A stretch of DNA of 57,263 nt from Candidatus Zixiibacteriota bacterium (GCA_050117845.1 JASFLY010000016.1:1-57263), one strand, 5' to 3'; counted from the stretch's first letter, positions 19,204 through 30,058 are shown. Program-made: numbers and translations. Notes: generated from the letters alone by a model not told the origin.

Positions 19204-19359
19204 TTATTTTACCCGTGCGCCGGCCGCCCGCAACCACGTGCGCACGGGCGACGCCTTCTTGTACTCCTTGGCGATACGGCAGACGGAAGCCCCGGCGATA
19301 CTCGCCGCGACATCCCTACCGTTTCGCTTGTTACCTTTATTATATAATCCGAAGTTCAT
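19204..19359 (-). CDS. Putative lysine-operon leader peptide (51 aa, KEYKK)
   Basis: GGAGG RBS then MNFGLYNKGNKRNGRDVAASIAGASVCRIAKEYKKASPVRTWLRAAGARVK; lies between the promoter and the terminator. Confidence 0.6.
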   Translation of the reverse strand: MNFGLYNKGNKRNGRDVAASIAGASVCRIAKEYKKASPVRTWLRAAGARVK

Positions 19360-19391
19360 AATTACCGCGGCCTCCGGCCACGTTGTGCGGG

Positions 19392-19420
19392 AAAGTAGCA
19401 TATTACGCAGGCCGACGCAA
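19392..19420 (-). promoter_or_regulatory. Putative sigma70 promoter of the lysine operon leader
   Basis: TTGCGT-17 nt-TACTTT with extended -10 TG. Confidence 0.6.
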
Positions 19421-19612
19421 GGAAAAAACCGGCGGTTAATCAACCCGGCTAGCCGTTCCGAGTTGACCGCCGTATCGACTTATCGTAGAATTCGGCTAAA
19501 GCGCCGTGGGCGCTTCTCGCATATCAGTTACCGCCCAACCTCGCCGCAACCTAAACGCGGTATATTCCGTATTAATTAACTACCCAACCGATCTAACCGG
19601 AAAGGAAACATC

Positions 19613-21730
19613 ATGAAGATTGTTGCCTTGTCGGTTACGTTTATAATAGCGTTATCCGCGGCCGCCCTGGGAGCCGACACCCGGAGCATGACGGCGGCCC
19701 GTACATCAACTCCCCCCGTTATCGACGGCGTTCTCGAAGACATCTGGCTCACGTCCGGCCCCGCCCGCGACTTCGGCCAGTACCGGCCCGAGAGGGGATC
19801 GACGCCCTACGCGCCGACCGAGGTCTACGTCCTCTACGACGACCAGGCGTTGTACGTGGGTTGGGTCTGCCACGAGCCCGAGCCCAACCGACTCGTCGCG
19901 GCCGCCACCGTGCGCGACATGTTCCTCAATAACGACGACAGCATCGATCTCATGCTGGATTCCACCAACAGCGGCACCGATTGCTACGACTTTATGGTGA
20001 ATTGCCGGGGTACCCGCTACGACGGAACCGTTACGCTGGACGGTGAAGACAGCGGTTCGGAATGGGACGGCCACTGGGAGGCCAAGACGAGCGTGGGCGC
20101 GGACGCCTGGTATTGCGAGATGGTCGTGCCCTGGGCTTCCTTTCGCTACGACCGGGGCGCTTCGTCCTTCGGCGTAAACTTCCTACGCTTCCGCAATTCC
20201 GTTTACGAGGAGAGTTACTGGGTATGCGCCGGGACCAACCCCAACCGCGTTTCGGACTTCGGCCGAATGGAGGGGTTCGAAAACCTCCCGGCGCCCAAAC
20301 GTTTCAAATTTACGCCCTACGTCACGGCTAGGGGACAGGACACCAGCGAGTCTGCCACCTATCCCTACCTCGAACCTACCGACGGGTGGGAATTCGAACC
20401 CCGCGGAGGGTTCGACGCCGAATACCGGCCCGGGTCCAACGTAAACGTGATGGCGACGATCCTCCCCGACTACGCGTACATCGAGGCCGACCCCGCCGAG
20501 ATAAACCTCCAACCGACGGAAACGTACCTTACCGAGAAAAGGCCGTTCTTTACCGAGAACTGGGACCTCTTCGACCTGCCGTACTACCTGGCCTATACGC
20601 GGCGGCTAACCGAAATAGCAGGCGGCGTCAAGGGCTCCGGCCGGGCCGGGCCGGTCACAGTAGGCGCGGTCGACGTCATGCTTAAGGACGACGACCCCCG
20701 TTTCCCCGATGACAACTTCGCAGTCGCCCGGGCGACGTACGACATCCCCGGCGGCCATAACGTAAGCATAGCGGGAGTGGGACGACGCCAAATCGGCAAT
20801 ACGCTCCCGGCCGACCGGCCCCACTTCGGCGAGGACGCCGCGACGTACAACAACGTCGGCCTGGGCCTGGGGCGTTTCGCGCTGCCCGCAGGTTTCTACT
20901 TCACGGGCACCGGCGCCAAGAGCGGCACCCAGGGCGACGAGGGCGACGGTTATCTCTACGGCGCGTCGCTTTCCTACCCCGGCCTAACCGACATCTACTA
21001 CTTGTCGTACCAGGAGATCTCGGACGACTTCCGGGCCGACATGTCCTTCCTCCAACCGGAGGAGATGGGGATCCGCGAATTGTCGTTTTACGGCCGCCAC
21101 GAAATGCAAGTCAACCGCGCCGGCGTCCGATCCGTAACGCCCGACGTCGACTCGGCCTACGACCGCGCCATAGACGGCGACATGGTCTATTGGCGGGTTA
21201 TCCCTTCGCTCACGGTCGCGACGCGGAACGATTTCTCAGCCGTCGTCCGGTACTATCGCGGCGTCGACCGGCGCTACTTGGACATTGGCCTGCCGGAGTT
21301 CCGGAATAACTACGCCCTGCTGTCGCTGGGACGGTCGGTCTCGGCCTGGGGCGGATTCGAACTCTACTACCGGCAAGGGGAATACTACGGCGAGTACTAC
21401 CACAACTACGGCGGCTCTGTGGCCGTGATACCGACGCCGATTTGGGTCGTCGAGGCCGACGCCAACGTCGTTAACCCGAGCAGCGGCGACCGTTTCCACG
21501 TCGACAATTTCAAGAGTACGCTAACCCTAGCGGAAGACTTCTTCTGGCGGCTAATCCTGCAGGGCAACTCGGACGCCCGCACCGCGGCCGGGAGCACGTT
21601 GTGGGGATGGGAGTTTCGGCCAGGCAGTACGGCCTACCTGGCGTACGAACAGCAGCGCGACGGCAACGACCACTTCGCGCTCGTCGACCAGGTTGTATTC
21701 CTGAAGGTCTCGTATACGGTTACGATTTAA
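19613..21730 (+). CDS. DUF5916-like outer-membrane protein with N-terminal CBM9-like domain
   Basis: Signal peptide; PVIDGVLE..W, TEVYVLYDDQALYV, WDGHW, PDYAYIEAD, EKRPFFTE; C-terminal FLKVSY. Confidence 0.82.
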   Translation: MKIVALSVTFIIALSAAALGADTRSMTAARTSTPPVIDGVLEDIWLTSGPARDFGQYRPERGSTPYAPTEVYVLYDDQALYVGWVCHEPEPNRLVAAATVRDMFLNNDDSIDLMLDSTNSGTDCYDFMVNCRGTRYDGTVTLDGEDSGSEWDGHWEAKTSVGADAWYCEMVVPWASFRYDRGASSFGVNFLRFRNSVYEESYWVCAGTNPNRVSDFGRMEGFENLPAPKRFKFTPYVTARGQDTSESATYPYLEPTDGWEFEPRGGFDAEYRPGSNVNVMATILPDYAYIEADPAEINLQPTETYLTEKRPFFTENWDLFDLPYYLAYTRRLTEIAGGVKGSGRAGPVTVGAVDVMLKDDDPRFPDDNFAVARATYDIPGGHNVSIAGVGRRQIGNTLPADRPHFGEDAATYNNVGLGLGRFALPAGFYFTGTGAKSGTQGDEGDGYLYGASLSYPGLTDIYYLSYQEISDDFRADMSFLQPEEMGIRELSFYGRHEMQVNRAGVRSVTPDVDSAYDRAIDGDMVYWRVIPSLTVATRNDFSAVVRYYRGVDRRYLDIGLPEFRNNYALLSLGRSVSAWGGFELYYRQGEYYGEYYHNYGGSVAVIPTPIWVVEADANVVNPSSGDRFHVDNFKSTLTLAEDFFWRLILQGNSDARTAAGSTLWGWEFRPGSTAYLAYEQQRDGNDHFALVDQVVFLKVSYTVTI

Positions 21731-21767
21731 GGCACGCTACAGAACGGCTTTCCCCAACCTCACACTT

Positions 21768-21794
21768 AAAAGACGCCCCTAACGGGGCGTCTTT
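21768..21794. terminator. Bidirectional intrinsic terminator
   Basis: AAAGACGCCCC-TAAC-GGGGCGTCTTT between convergent genes. Confidence 0.8.
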
Positions 21795-21842
21795 CCTTTG
21801 AGTCGATCCTTAACGTAAAACCGTACCGCCGGCACTGTCCCT

Positions 21843-22541
21843 TCACCACCACCAACCTATCCGGAAGCTGGACGCGACGATCGCCGTCGATACCGTGACG
21901 CCCAACGCGCTTCCGGCGACCAGAAAATAAACCGCCCATTTCACCTTACGGCATAACCATAAAATTATCCCGGCGATAACGAGCGGCGGAGCGTTATACA
22001 CCGCGAAAATGGCGTACGAGAAAACGACGTCCAGAGGTATGGCAAAGAGAGAAGATATTCCACCCGTAAAACCGAGGTCTATCCCGAACGCCATACCGGC
22101 CAAACCGGCGAATAACAGCTTTTTAGGCCGGCGTTTTCGACCCGCCGCGAAACGGAGAACCCCGGCCACCGCTAATAACAACCCGACGCCGAAGGCCGCC
22201 GCGCCCGCGAGGGCGAACACCTCGGCGCCTTTATCCACCCAGAACCATTGCGGTAGCCGCGCCGAATAGTAGTCGTTATATAAAACGCTCCAATGTATCG
22301 CGTACGCGGAATAAAGGATTACGCTTAACGAAACGGCGAACGTAACCGCGCCGAGGACGACGAGACGTAGCGCCCACTTCCTCGAACCGAACAACGCCAT
22401 CCCGCCACCGATCAGAACGGAACCGAAACCCGCGAAGAAAAGGACTTCCTTCGCGTATACGAGCGCCAGGAACGGCCCCATGCCGAAAGCGAGTAAGGCG
22501 GCCCCGAATAACTGCCCCAGAATATCGTTAATATTGCCCAA
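21843..22541 (-). CDS. Hypothetical multi-pass membrane protein
   Basis: 232-aa ORF with about 7 hydrophobic segments separated by basic loops. Confidence 0.65.
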   Translation of the reverse strand: MGNINDILGQLFGAALLAFGMGPFLALVYAKEVLFFAGFGSVLIGGGMALFGSRKWALRLVVLGAVTFAVSLSVILYSAYAIHWSVLYNDYYSARLPQWFWVDKGAEVFALAGAAAFGVGLLLAVAGVLRFAAGRKRRPKKLLFAGLAGMAFGIDLGFTGGISSLFAIPLDVVFSYAIFAVYNAPPLVIAGIILWLCRKVKWAVYFLVAGSALGVTVSTAIVASSFRIGWWW

Positions 22542-22842
22542 CGCTATACCCTTACGCCGACCCAGGCCGGCCTATCCCCCGAATACTAACCGGGCCATAT
22601 TAGCATACGGCCCGGCCTCGGGACATCACTTTTAGCCCTCCCAATAAAACTCCCGCCCCGCGCAAGGCCGCTTCGGACTCCCCGGATTATTTCGGCATCC
22701 CGATAAAAAGGAACGCCCCGCTGGCCGCCGTTTTTACGTTACGTTTGCCGCCGCGTACTATTAAGATTCGCCGACACACGCGAAGTTGATAATCGCCGCT
22801 AACTTTAGTATCATTTACTAATACGTAAACGTCACGTCCGCC

Positions 22843-24705
22843 ATGAAATCTATCGTACCGTATATCGTCGCCTTCAATTTGGCGGCCGCGCCTTTCGCAC
22901 ACGGCCAGGCCGAGACGCCCGACGCCGGATTCGTCCTCGGCCGCATCCGCGTCGAGGGCAATAAACACTTTAAGGACGGCGTCATTAAAAACCTTATCGG
23001 CGTGGAAAAAGGCGACCACTTCGAGGAGCATAATTTTAACTACCTGCTCGAGGCCGGCCTGGCCACAGTCGAGGCCGCGTATTATGGGGAGGGATTCGAT
23101 AACGTTCGCGTTACTTCCGAACTCGGCGAGATTAAGAAAAACAAGCGCAATTTGAAAATAGAAGTGGTCGAGGGGCCCCGGGCGACCGTGAACGAAGTCG
23201 TACTGGCGGGAGTTGCACCGGAGCGGTTCGCCGCCGTTCGGGACGTACTCGGCGTCGAGGTCGGTACGCCGCTATCGGCGAAGGCGCTGAATAAAGCTGC
23301 CGTGAGAGTCGGAGATTATTACCACGAACGAGGTTACGGCCGCGCGAATATCAAAGCGAAGATCGACCGCGAAACGGCCGTCGTAACCTATACGGTGGAA
23401 GAGGGGCGGAAATATTACATAGACGAGGTCGTCGTGTCCGGCAACGAAAAAACGAGGGCCGAGATCGCCGCGCGCGAAATCGACTACAAACTCAATCCCT
23501 CCCGTTTGTGGAAGGCTTCCAAACTCGACGAAGGCCGGTCCAATATCTACAAGACAAGCCTCTACCGCGACCTCGTCGTCGACGTCGTCGATTCGGAACG
23601 CGCGCCGGATCGGGCCGACGTCGTCATCATCGTCAACGAGGACAAGTTGCGATGGTTCAAAATCGAACCTGGTTACTCCTCGCCGTATAGAGCGGCCCTT
23701 ACGGTCGGGTGGGGCCACGACAACCTCTTCGGCGACAACGAGCGGCTTTCTATAGAAAGCTCGGCTTATTACGGCTTCGAGTACGAGAGCCGCGAAGCGG
23801 AGAGCGACATAACGTACGCGATACCGTGGTTGTTCGGGTATCGGTACAAGGGCAGCGTGGCGCTACACTACGAACGGACGGTATTGGAGGGACTCAACGA
23901 ATGGCACTCGACCCTCAAACCCCGCGTGGCACGCGACATCACGGACGAACTCGAATTGGCGGTCGGATTCTCTTTCGAGAGATTCCATACCGAATACGGC
24001 GCCGGCTACGGTGAATCCGGCGCGGCGTACGGTCCTCCCGGCGTCGCCCTCCCCCAGGCGCCGGCGGAGAGCGAAGAGCCGCAGGCCATTTCAGCCTACG
24101 GGGCAACGGCCACGTACGACGATTCCGACGATATATTCAACCCGCTCACGGGGACCTACGCGCGCGGTTCGTACGAGAGAGCGGGCGGGTTCATGTTCGG
24201 GTTGGACCTGTGGCGTGCCACCGGCGATTTCCGACGCTATGTGCGTTTGGCCGACGCCGCTTCCGTCGCCACGCGCATCCACGCCGGTTTCGTGGATTCC
24301 TACGGCGATACCGACTACGTCCCGCACGTATACCGTTTCGTCTCGGGTGGCGCGTATTCAGTCCGCGGTTATCCCGAACGGGGCCTCGGCCCCCAGGCCG
24401 AGGAAGGCTACGCGTTGGGAGGGAATATACTACTTGAGGCCAACGCCGAATTGCGCGCCCAACTCCCGTTCGTGGCCGGCCGAAAAGGGTGGGAACACCT
24501 GTGGGGAGCGCTGTTCGTCGACGGCGGCAACGTCTGGACCGAGTTGGCGGAGATAGAGGAGCAGTTCCTTCGCTACGGCGCGGGCGTAGGCATCCGGTAT
24601 AATACCATCGTCGGTCCCATCAGATTCGACGTCGGGTGCCCCATTCCCACTCCCGCCGGAAGTCGAATCGCGTATATCTACCTCGCCTTCGGTCATCCGT
24701 TCTAA
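22843..24705 (+). CDS. tamA: Omp85/TamA-family outer-membrane protein with three POTRA domains
   Basis: POTRA repeats (IRVEGNK, VVLAGV, VVVSGNEKT); GGAYSVRGY; GVGIRYNTIVGPIRFD; C-terminal GHPF; directly upstream of tamB. Confidence 0.85.
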   Translation: MKSIVPYIVAFNLAAAPFAHGQAETPDAGFVLGRIRVEGNKHFKDGVIKNLIGVEKGDHFEEHNFNYLLEAGLATVEAAYYGEGFDNVRVTSELGEIKKNKRNLKIEVVEGPRATVNEVVLAGVAPERFAAVRDVLGVEVGTPLSAKALNKAAVRVGDYYHERGYGRANIKAKIDRETAVVTYTVEEGRKYYIDEVVVSGNEKTRAEIAAREIDYKLNPSRLWKASKLDEGRSNIYKTSLYRDLVVDVVDSERAPDRADVVIIVNEDKLRWFKIEPGYSSPYRAALTVGWGHDNLFGDNERLSIESSAYYGFEYESREAESDITYAIPWLFGYRYKGSVALHYERTVLEGLNEWHSTLKPRVARDITDELELAVGFSFERFHTEYGAGYGESGAAYGPPGVALPQAPAESEEPQAISAYGATATYDDSDDIFNPLTGTYARGSYERAGGFMFGLDLWRATGDFRRYVRLADAASVATRIHAGFVDSYGDTDYVPHVYRFVSGGAYSVRGYPERGLGPQAEEGYALGGNILLEANAELRAQLPFVAGRKGWEHLWGALFVDGGNVWTELAEIEEQFLRYGAGVGIRYNTIVGPIRFDVGCPIPTPAGSRIAYIYLAFGHPF

Positions 24706-24721
24706 CGTCGCTCGTAACGTT

Positions 24722-27700
24722 TTGAGAAACGAGACCGACACAGCCCGCACGCCAACCACAGACGCCCCCCACCGAAGCCGGGGCCGCCGGCGCGTCGCCC
24801 GCCGCCTCCTGTGCGCCGCGGCGGTAACGGCCGTGGTAATAAGCGCGCTCGCCGTCGCGGCGTATTCCTCCGGCTTACTCCACGCTTCGTTGCGCCGCGC
24901 CGCCGTAACCTATCTGAGTCGACGGACGGGCGTGGAATGCGGCATAGGCCGGCTCGGCGGCGACCTGTTCGCGAGCCTCGACGTTTACGACTTCTACGTC
25001 GCGAATGGCCCTTCCTTGGAAGAAGACGGCCCCGCTTTTTCCGCAAAAGAGATTCATCTCCGCTACCACCTGCCGGCACTCCTGTACGGCGTCCTACTGA
25101 TAGAAAAAGCGCGCGTCGTAAACCCTTATGTGCGGGTCGAGCTCGAACCCGGCGGCCGGGCCAACTTCGAGCATATATTCGATTTCCTGCCCGAACGCCG
25201 AGAAGCGGATATCGATATACGGCTAAGGGATATCGTATTGGAGGACGGCTCCTTCGAGTTGGACGGCGACGGCCCCTTGACGGACGCCACGCGGATCGAC
25301 GTTCGCAGCTCTTTGGAATATGTGGGCACGGGGCTTACGCTGACCTTCGGCGATTGCAGTTGCTACCTGCCCGAGTATGACCTCGCCGTAAAGGCGTTCG
25401 GCAACGGCGAGATAAGGATAAACCCGGACAACCTCACCGTAGACGGTTTCGATATAACCCTCGACCAAACGTCGTTGACGCTCGACGGCACAATCGAGAC
25501 CTCGCCCTCCACCCGATTCGACCTGGCCGTCAAGGCCGATCCGCTGAGCTTGACGGAAATCATCCCCCTCGTGACCCCGAACGGGCCTCCCCTCGATATC
25601 CGAGGCCCTTACGAGGGAACCATCCGCGGCCCGGCGGACGAGTTAGTCCACACCGGGACCTTCCACTGCCCGTTGGGCTCCTTGGCCGACTACGACCTCG
25701 CCGACTTGACGGTCCGCTACGCCGTCGACCTGGAGCCGAAATTAATACGCGTGGAGGAGATATCGGCCTTCGTGAACGGCCTGCCCGCACACGTGACCGG
25801 AACGGTGGACGTCGCTACGGAGGAGCCGTCGTTCGAGGGAGAGGTCCATTTGGACGGTTTCAACCTGGCCCGCCTCTACCCGGACGCGGGCCTCGAAACC
25901 CGCGCGGACGTAACGGCGCTATTTGCCGGAAGCGGCTTCTCCCCCGCAGAACTCGAGCTCACGGCGGCCTTTACCGTTAGCCCCGGTTTCGCCGGACCGG
26001 TCCGTTTCGACGGCGCGACCGCCACCGTCCATTACGGCCGGTCGCAACTGTTCATCGACGAATCGACGGTCCGCTTCGGCCCGGGGACCCTTTCGGCGAA
26101 AGGGACGGCGACCCGCGATAACGTCGAACTCGCCGTAACGGCGCGGGACATCCCCTTGGCGGAATTGCCAACCAGAAGAAGCCCCGTCGACCTTGACGGC
26201 CTGATGAACGCCGACCTCCACTTATACGGTGCGCCGCGTACGCCGTCGGCGGAGGGAGAGGTATTATTGGAAGGATTGGCGGTCGAGGACGTCACCGTGA
26301 AATGGGCGCGTCTTGACGGCTATGCCGAAAAACTGGGGGGCCGGGGAAAAACCGACCTGCACTTCACCGCCGGCGACGTCGCCGCCGGGCCGTTCTCGTT
26401 CGACCATTCGCGGGCCGATTTGAATTACGACGGCCGCGTCCTGACGGTGGACGGCGGGTTCGAAAACGGGGCCGACGACGGGGATAGGCTGTATTTCGAC
26501 GTGCGGCACGATAGCTCCTCCGGCGATTGGGAGCTGGACCGGCTCGACGTCAGGCTCGGCAATGCGCAAGCCACCCTCACCCATCCCCTAAGGTTGGAAC
26601 GGGAGGGACGTCTTTACGTCATTATGGGAGGCGTCCTTGCCTTCCAACGCGGCGACGTATCCTTCTCCGGGAGCTTCGACCGGCGAGGCGGGCCGGTGGA
26701 CGTCGTCGCCAAGGGCGAGGATTTCCACCTGGACGGATTAAGACTCTGGCCCACGGCGCCCGAGTTAACGGGAAGCCTGGATTCCATCCGGGTCGGCATT
26801 CGCGGAACTTCCGATGCCCCCGCCTTCTACGCCGCACTCGAGGCCCACGAGCTCTCCGTCGACCGCCAACCGATAGACCTCCTGCGCGGGGAAATCTCTT
26901 TGGAAAACGACCGCATCGTAATACCGGACCTAACCTTGAAGGTGGCGGGCGGCGCCGCGACCGCGACGGCCGATGTCCCGCTCGCGGCGTTCGAGGGAGA
27001 AGGAGACGCTCCCCTAAAAGGCGAGGTCCGCGTCACCGGCGTTCCGCTCAACTCGGTGGTCGTCCTGAGCGAAGCCGGCCTGAGCGAAGGCGGCAACGTT
27101 GACGGGGTCGTAACCCTGAAAGGAACAGCGGCTGCTCCCGTCGTCCGGGCCGAACTAGACGTCGGCGACGCCGTTTGGGAGAACGTCCGGTACAGCCACA
27201 GCCGCCTCGACGTTAGTTACGGGGCCGGCGAACTCAATTTACGCGAATTATCCCTCGCCGGAGGGAACTCGACCAACGCCAACGTAAACGGCGTGGTCGC
27301 GCTTGCGTTTGACAATAAAGAAGGTTTGGTCCTCGGCGCCTTGGCGCTTGAGGGAGATTTCGAAGAACTCGACCTCCGTCTCTTCAACCCGTTGTTGGAC
27401 AACGTCCTTATCACCGGCGGGACGGCAACTGGGAGCGTCGACGTGGGCGGCTCGGCCTCCTCGCCCGAGTTGACGGGCCGAATCGAACTCGCCGGAGGGA
27501 CTGGGACGATCAGAGAGTTGCGCTCGACTTTCTCGGACCTCCGGGGCACTATCGACCTAACGGGCGACGCGGCCGCCGTATCCGAACAGACGCCTGTAGT
27601 TTTCGACCTCGACGGCGGCCGCGGTACCGTTTGGGGTAGCGTTGCGTTTGAGGGCGGACGCCCCGCCGCGGTCGACGTGTCGTTAAATCTGGAGAATTAC

Positions 27701-28657
27701 ACGTTCCGGGCGATTACGGGCGCGCGGGTTTTAACGGACGTAACGGCTTCCCTTTCCGGCCCCGCGAAACACCCTTTCGCCGATGTCGAAATCTACGTGC
27801 GCCGCGGATTCATCGCTACCGACTTCGGGGCCGCGGTATATACGCCCCAATATGGGGAGAGCCCGATCGATTACCGCTTGCACGTGGACGCTCCCGGCAA
27901 TTTATGGCTTCGGAACAACACGGCCGAGATGGAATTGGAAGCCGATCTTACGCTCCGGAAAACCGGCCCCGCCACCACCATCACGGGAGAACTAACCGCG
28001 AAACGCGGCAGTTTTTACATCCTGGCCCGCGACTTCGTTATCGAACGAGGAGGCATATATTTTACGGGAACCCGGAGTTTCGACCCGGCGCTTAAAATAA
28101 GGGCCAAACGTCTAATTCGGGCGACGCGGCCTGGCAACGCCGACGCAGAGATTTTGGTCGACGTCACCGGGACGTTCACGGAGCCCGAGATGGACTTCAT
28201 TTACAACTCGAAAGGCGCCGCCGTCGGCCTTACGCAGAACGAAATCTCCCAATTGCTCGTGCTGGACGTGACGTACGAGGATTTCCAGGAGATGAGCGGG
28301 GGGGCCCTGGCATCTAAGGGTTCCGGGGATTACGTGCGGCGGCTGGCCCAGGCGGAGGTCTCGCGCACCGTACGCAAAACGACCGGCCTGGACGTCTTCG
28401 AGTTCGAGGCCAGCTCTCTCGGCGCCGAACGCGGCACCCGCTATCGCCGCGCGACGTTGGGGAAGTACCTCCTGTCCGACGTTTACGTATCCTATACGAC
28501 CGAATACACCGAGGACGTCACCGGCGCCGGAGAGAGTGAACGATCAGCCGAGATTAATTATCGGCTTTACGAGGATTTCTACCTCGTCGGTTCGACGTTC
28601 GAAGATCGGGACCACCAACAATACGGCCTGGGGTTCAGGTTCTTCTTCAAATATTAA
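24722..28657 (+). CDS. tamB: Translocation/assembly module TamB (AsmA-like)
   Basis: N-terminal TM anchor, long beta-taco-type repeats, DUF490-like C-terminus (FVIERGGIYFTG..FDPALKIRA; LGKYL). Confidence 0.88.
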   Translation: MRNETDTARTPTTDAPHRSRGRRRVARRLLCAAAVTAVVISALAVAAYSSGLLHASLRRAAVTYLSRRTGVECGIGRLGGDLFASLDVYDFYVANGPSLEEDGPAFSAKEIHLRYHLPALLYGVLLIEKARVVNPYVRVELEPGGRANFEHIFDFLPERREADIDIRLRDIVLEDGSFELDGDGPLTDATRIDVRSSLEYVGTGLTLTFGDCSCYLPEYDLAVKAFGNGEIRINPDNLTVDGFDITLDQTSLTLDGTIETSPSTRFDLAVKADPLSLTEIIPLVTPNGPPLDIRGPYEGTIRGPADELVHTGTFHCPLGSLADYDLADLTVRYAVDLEPKLIRVEEISAFVNGLPAHVTGTVDVATEEPSFEGEVHLDGFNLARLYPDAGLETRADVTALFAGSGFSPAELELTAAFTVSPGFAGPVRFDGATATVHYGRSQLFIDESTVRFGPGTLSAKGTATRDNVELAVTARDIPLAELPTRRSPVDLDGLMNADLHLYGAPRTPSAEGEVLLEGLAVEDVTVKWARLDGYAEKLGGRGKTDLHFTAGDVAAGPFSFDHSRADLNYDGRVLTVDGGFENGADDGDRLYFDVRHDSSSGDWELDRLDVRLGNAQATLTHPLRLEREGRLYVIMGGVLAFQRGDVSFSGSFDRRGGPVDVVAKGEDFHLDGLRLWPTAPELTGSLDSIRVGIRGTSDAPAFYAALEAHELSVDRQPIDLLRGEISLENDRIVIPDLTLKVAGGAATATADVPLAAFEGEGDAPLKGEVRVTGVPLNSVVVLSEAGLSEGGNVDGVVTLKGTAAAPVVRAELDVGDAVWENVRYSHSRLDVSYGAGELNLRELSLAGGNSTNANVNGVVALAFDNKEGLVLGALALEGDFEELDLRLFNPLLDNVLITGGTATGSVDVGGSASSPELTGRIELAGGTGTIRELRSTFSDLRGTIDLTGDAAAVSEQTPVVFDLDGGRGTVWGSVAFEGGRPAAVDVSLNLENYTFRAITGARVLTDVTASLSGPAKHPFADVEIYVRRGFIATDFGAAVYTPQYGESPIDYRLHVDAPGNLWLRNNTAEMELEADLTLRKTGPATTITGELTAKRGSFYILARDFVIERGGIYFTGTRSFDPALKIRAKRLIRATRPGNADAEILVDVTGTFTEPEMDFIYNSKGAAVGLTQNEISQLLVLDVTYEDFQEMSGGALASKGSGDYVRRLAQAEVSRTVRKTTGLDVFEFEASSLGAERGTRYRRATLGKYLLSDVYVSYTTEYTEDVTGAGESERSAEINYRLYEDFYLVGSTFEDRDHQQYGLGFRFFFKY

Positions 28658-28696
28658 CTCGAAGCAGGTATAATCCCCGTGGAGGTGAATCTTAAA

Positions 28697-29197
28697 GTGC
28701 CCAGGAAAGTTTTCATGTTCGCCGCGTTAATCGCGAGTACCGTTTCCGTTTGCCAAACGGCGTTCGCCTCGAACGGCGCCCTCCCCGACCGGATTAAATC
28801 CGTCGAGATCGTCGTGATCCCGGGAAACGTGGAACCGGCTTTCGCCCGGACGCTCGAACGCGCCCTCGAAGACGCGTTCGTCGCCGACGGCACGTTGGAA
28901 ACGGTCTCCGGCGACGCCGCCGATTCTAAGCTAACCCTTAAAATCGCCAATTATAAAAAGTACCCGATTAAGTACGGCACCGGCCAAATCGTCAAAGAGT
29001 ATACGCTCGCGTTGACGATGGAAGGGACACTTACCGACCTCGCGACCAACCAGGTCCTCTCCCAGGTGCTGAATATCTTCGATTCGGTAACGTACGCCGC
29101 CGTCGGCCCCGAGGCCGAGAGCGAAAACGAGGCGTTCCGCCGTCTGGCGGAAAAAATCGCCCCCGCCATCGTTAAGGGGACGATAGTGCGCCGGTAG
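28697..29197 (+). CDS. LptE-like (LPS assembly) protein
   Basis: LPDRIKSV..., ADSKLTLKIANY, EYTL, ESENEAFRRLAEKIA pattern; RBS GGAGGTG favours GTG 28697 over 28679. Confidence 0.65.
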   Translation: MPRKVFMFAALIASTVSVCQTAFASNGALPDRIKSVEIVVIPGNVEPAFARTLERALEDAFVADGTLETVSGDAADSKLTLKIANYKKYPIKYGTGQIVKEYTLALTMEGTLTDLATNQVLSQVLNIFDSVTYAAVGPEAESENEAFRRLAEKIAPAIVKGTIVRR

Positions 29198-29223
29198 GCC
29201 GGCGCGGGTCAAAAACTAACGCG

Positions 29224-29925
29224 TTAAAATAGCGAAGCGCCCAGATAGAACGACGCCATAAATAAACCGTCGGAATCGGGCGCGTCGTAAGTCGGGATAT
29301 TCTCCTCCAGGAATTCCTCGAAGCCCGTCCGGGCCAAGCCGGGGCCGTAAACGAAACGCACGCCGGCGTCTATCGAGATAAGCGGCAGGCCCGGTATTCC
29401 CCTTACGCCCAGGTCCGTGTACATGCCGAATCCCTGCGTCGACGGCACGCTGATATCGAGGCCTAGTACGTACCTGCCCAAGATTCCCACCGGTATATTA
29501 TAGGCAGTTAGTTCGCGGTACAGGTAAACGCCGCCGGCTTCGGCGTATGGAGCGAAAGCGTAATACTCCACGGGATAATAACGAACGCCGGCGCTTCCCC
29601 CGTAAAAGACCGACTTCAAATTCAGGCCGTTTATAACGTCCGCCCACGGCAGGACGCCGGGGTGCCTTTTCTCACCGTAGTTGGCGAAGAGGTCGGAAAG
29701 AGGCCGGTCCCGCCCGAGCGCCGTATACGACAGGTCGGCCATTACGGATACCGGCCACCACGGCAGCCGAGCCTCGCCGCCCAACGAGGCGTACGGGCCG
29801 CCGCCATACCGGCCTTCCAACTCGCTCAACGGCGTCGTCGTTCCGCCCTTTATTTCGAGAAGGCCGTGCGAAGCCGAGACGGCCAGGGTGAGTACGAGCG
29901 CCACTATCAATAATATATCCCGCAT
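29224..29925 (-). CDS. Hypothetical outer-membrane beta-barrel protein
   Basis: Signal peptide, GVRYYP/PYAEAGG strands, terminal YLGASLF. Confidence 0.65.
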   Translation of the reverse strand: MRDILLIVALVLTLAVSASHGLLEIKGGTTTPLSELEGRYGGGPYASLGGEARLPWWPVSVMADLSYTALGRDRPLSDLFANYGEKRHPGVLPWADVINGLNLKSVFYGGSAGVRYYPVEYYAFAPYAEAGGVYLYRELTAYNIPVGILGRYVLGLDISVPSTQGFGMYTDLGVRGIPGLPLISIDAGVRFVYGPGLARTGFEEFLEENIPTYDAPDSDGLFMASFYLGASLF

Positions 29926-30058
29926 ATCCTTACCTCGCGAAAAACGCCGGCGGGCCGACCCGGCAGCGTCACTCCCGGTAAAGAAACCGAGCCGGCCCCG
30001 TTCCCATACTCATTCTTTTAACGCGCTCGGCCGGTCGCCGAAGGCGCCATTCTGTCCC

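Noticed and set aside
19115..19390. Lysine riboswitch upstream of lysC
   Set aside because: I could not find the AGAGGUGC/AGUA-type conserved core; a leader ORF with alternative hairpins explains the region better. cmscan is needed for certainty.
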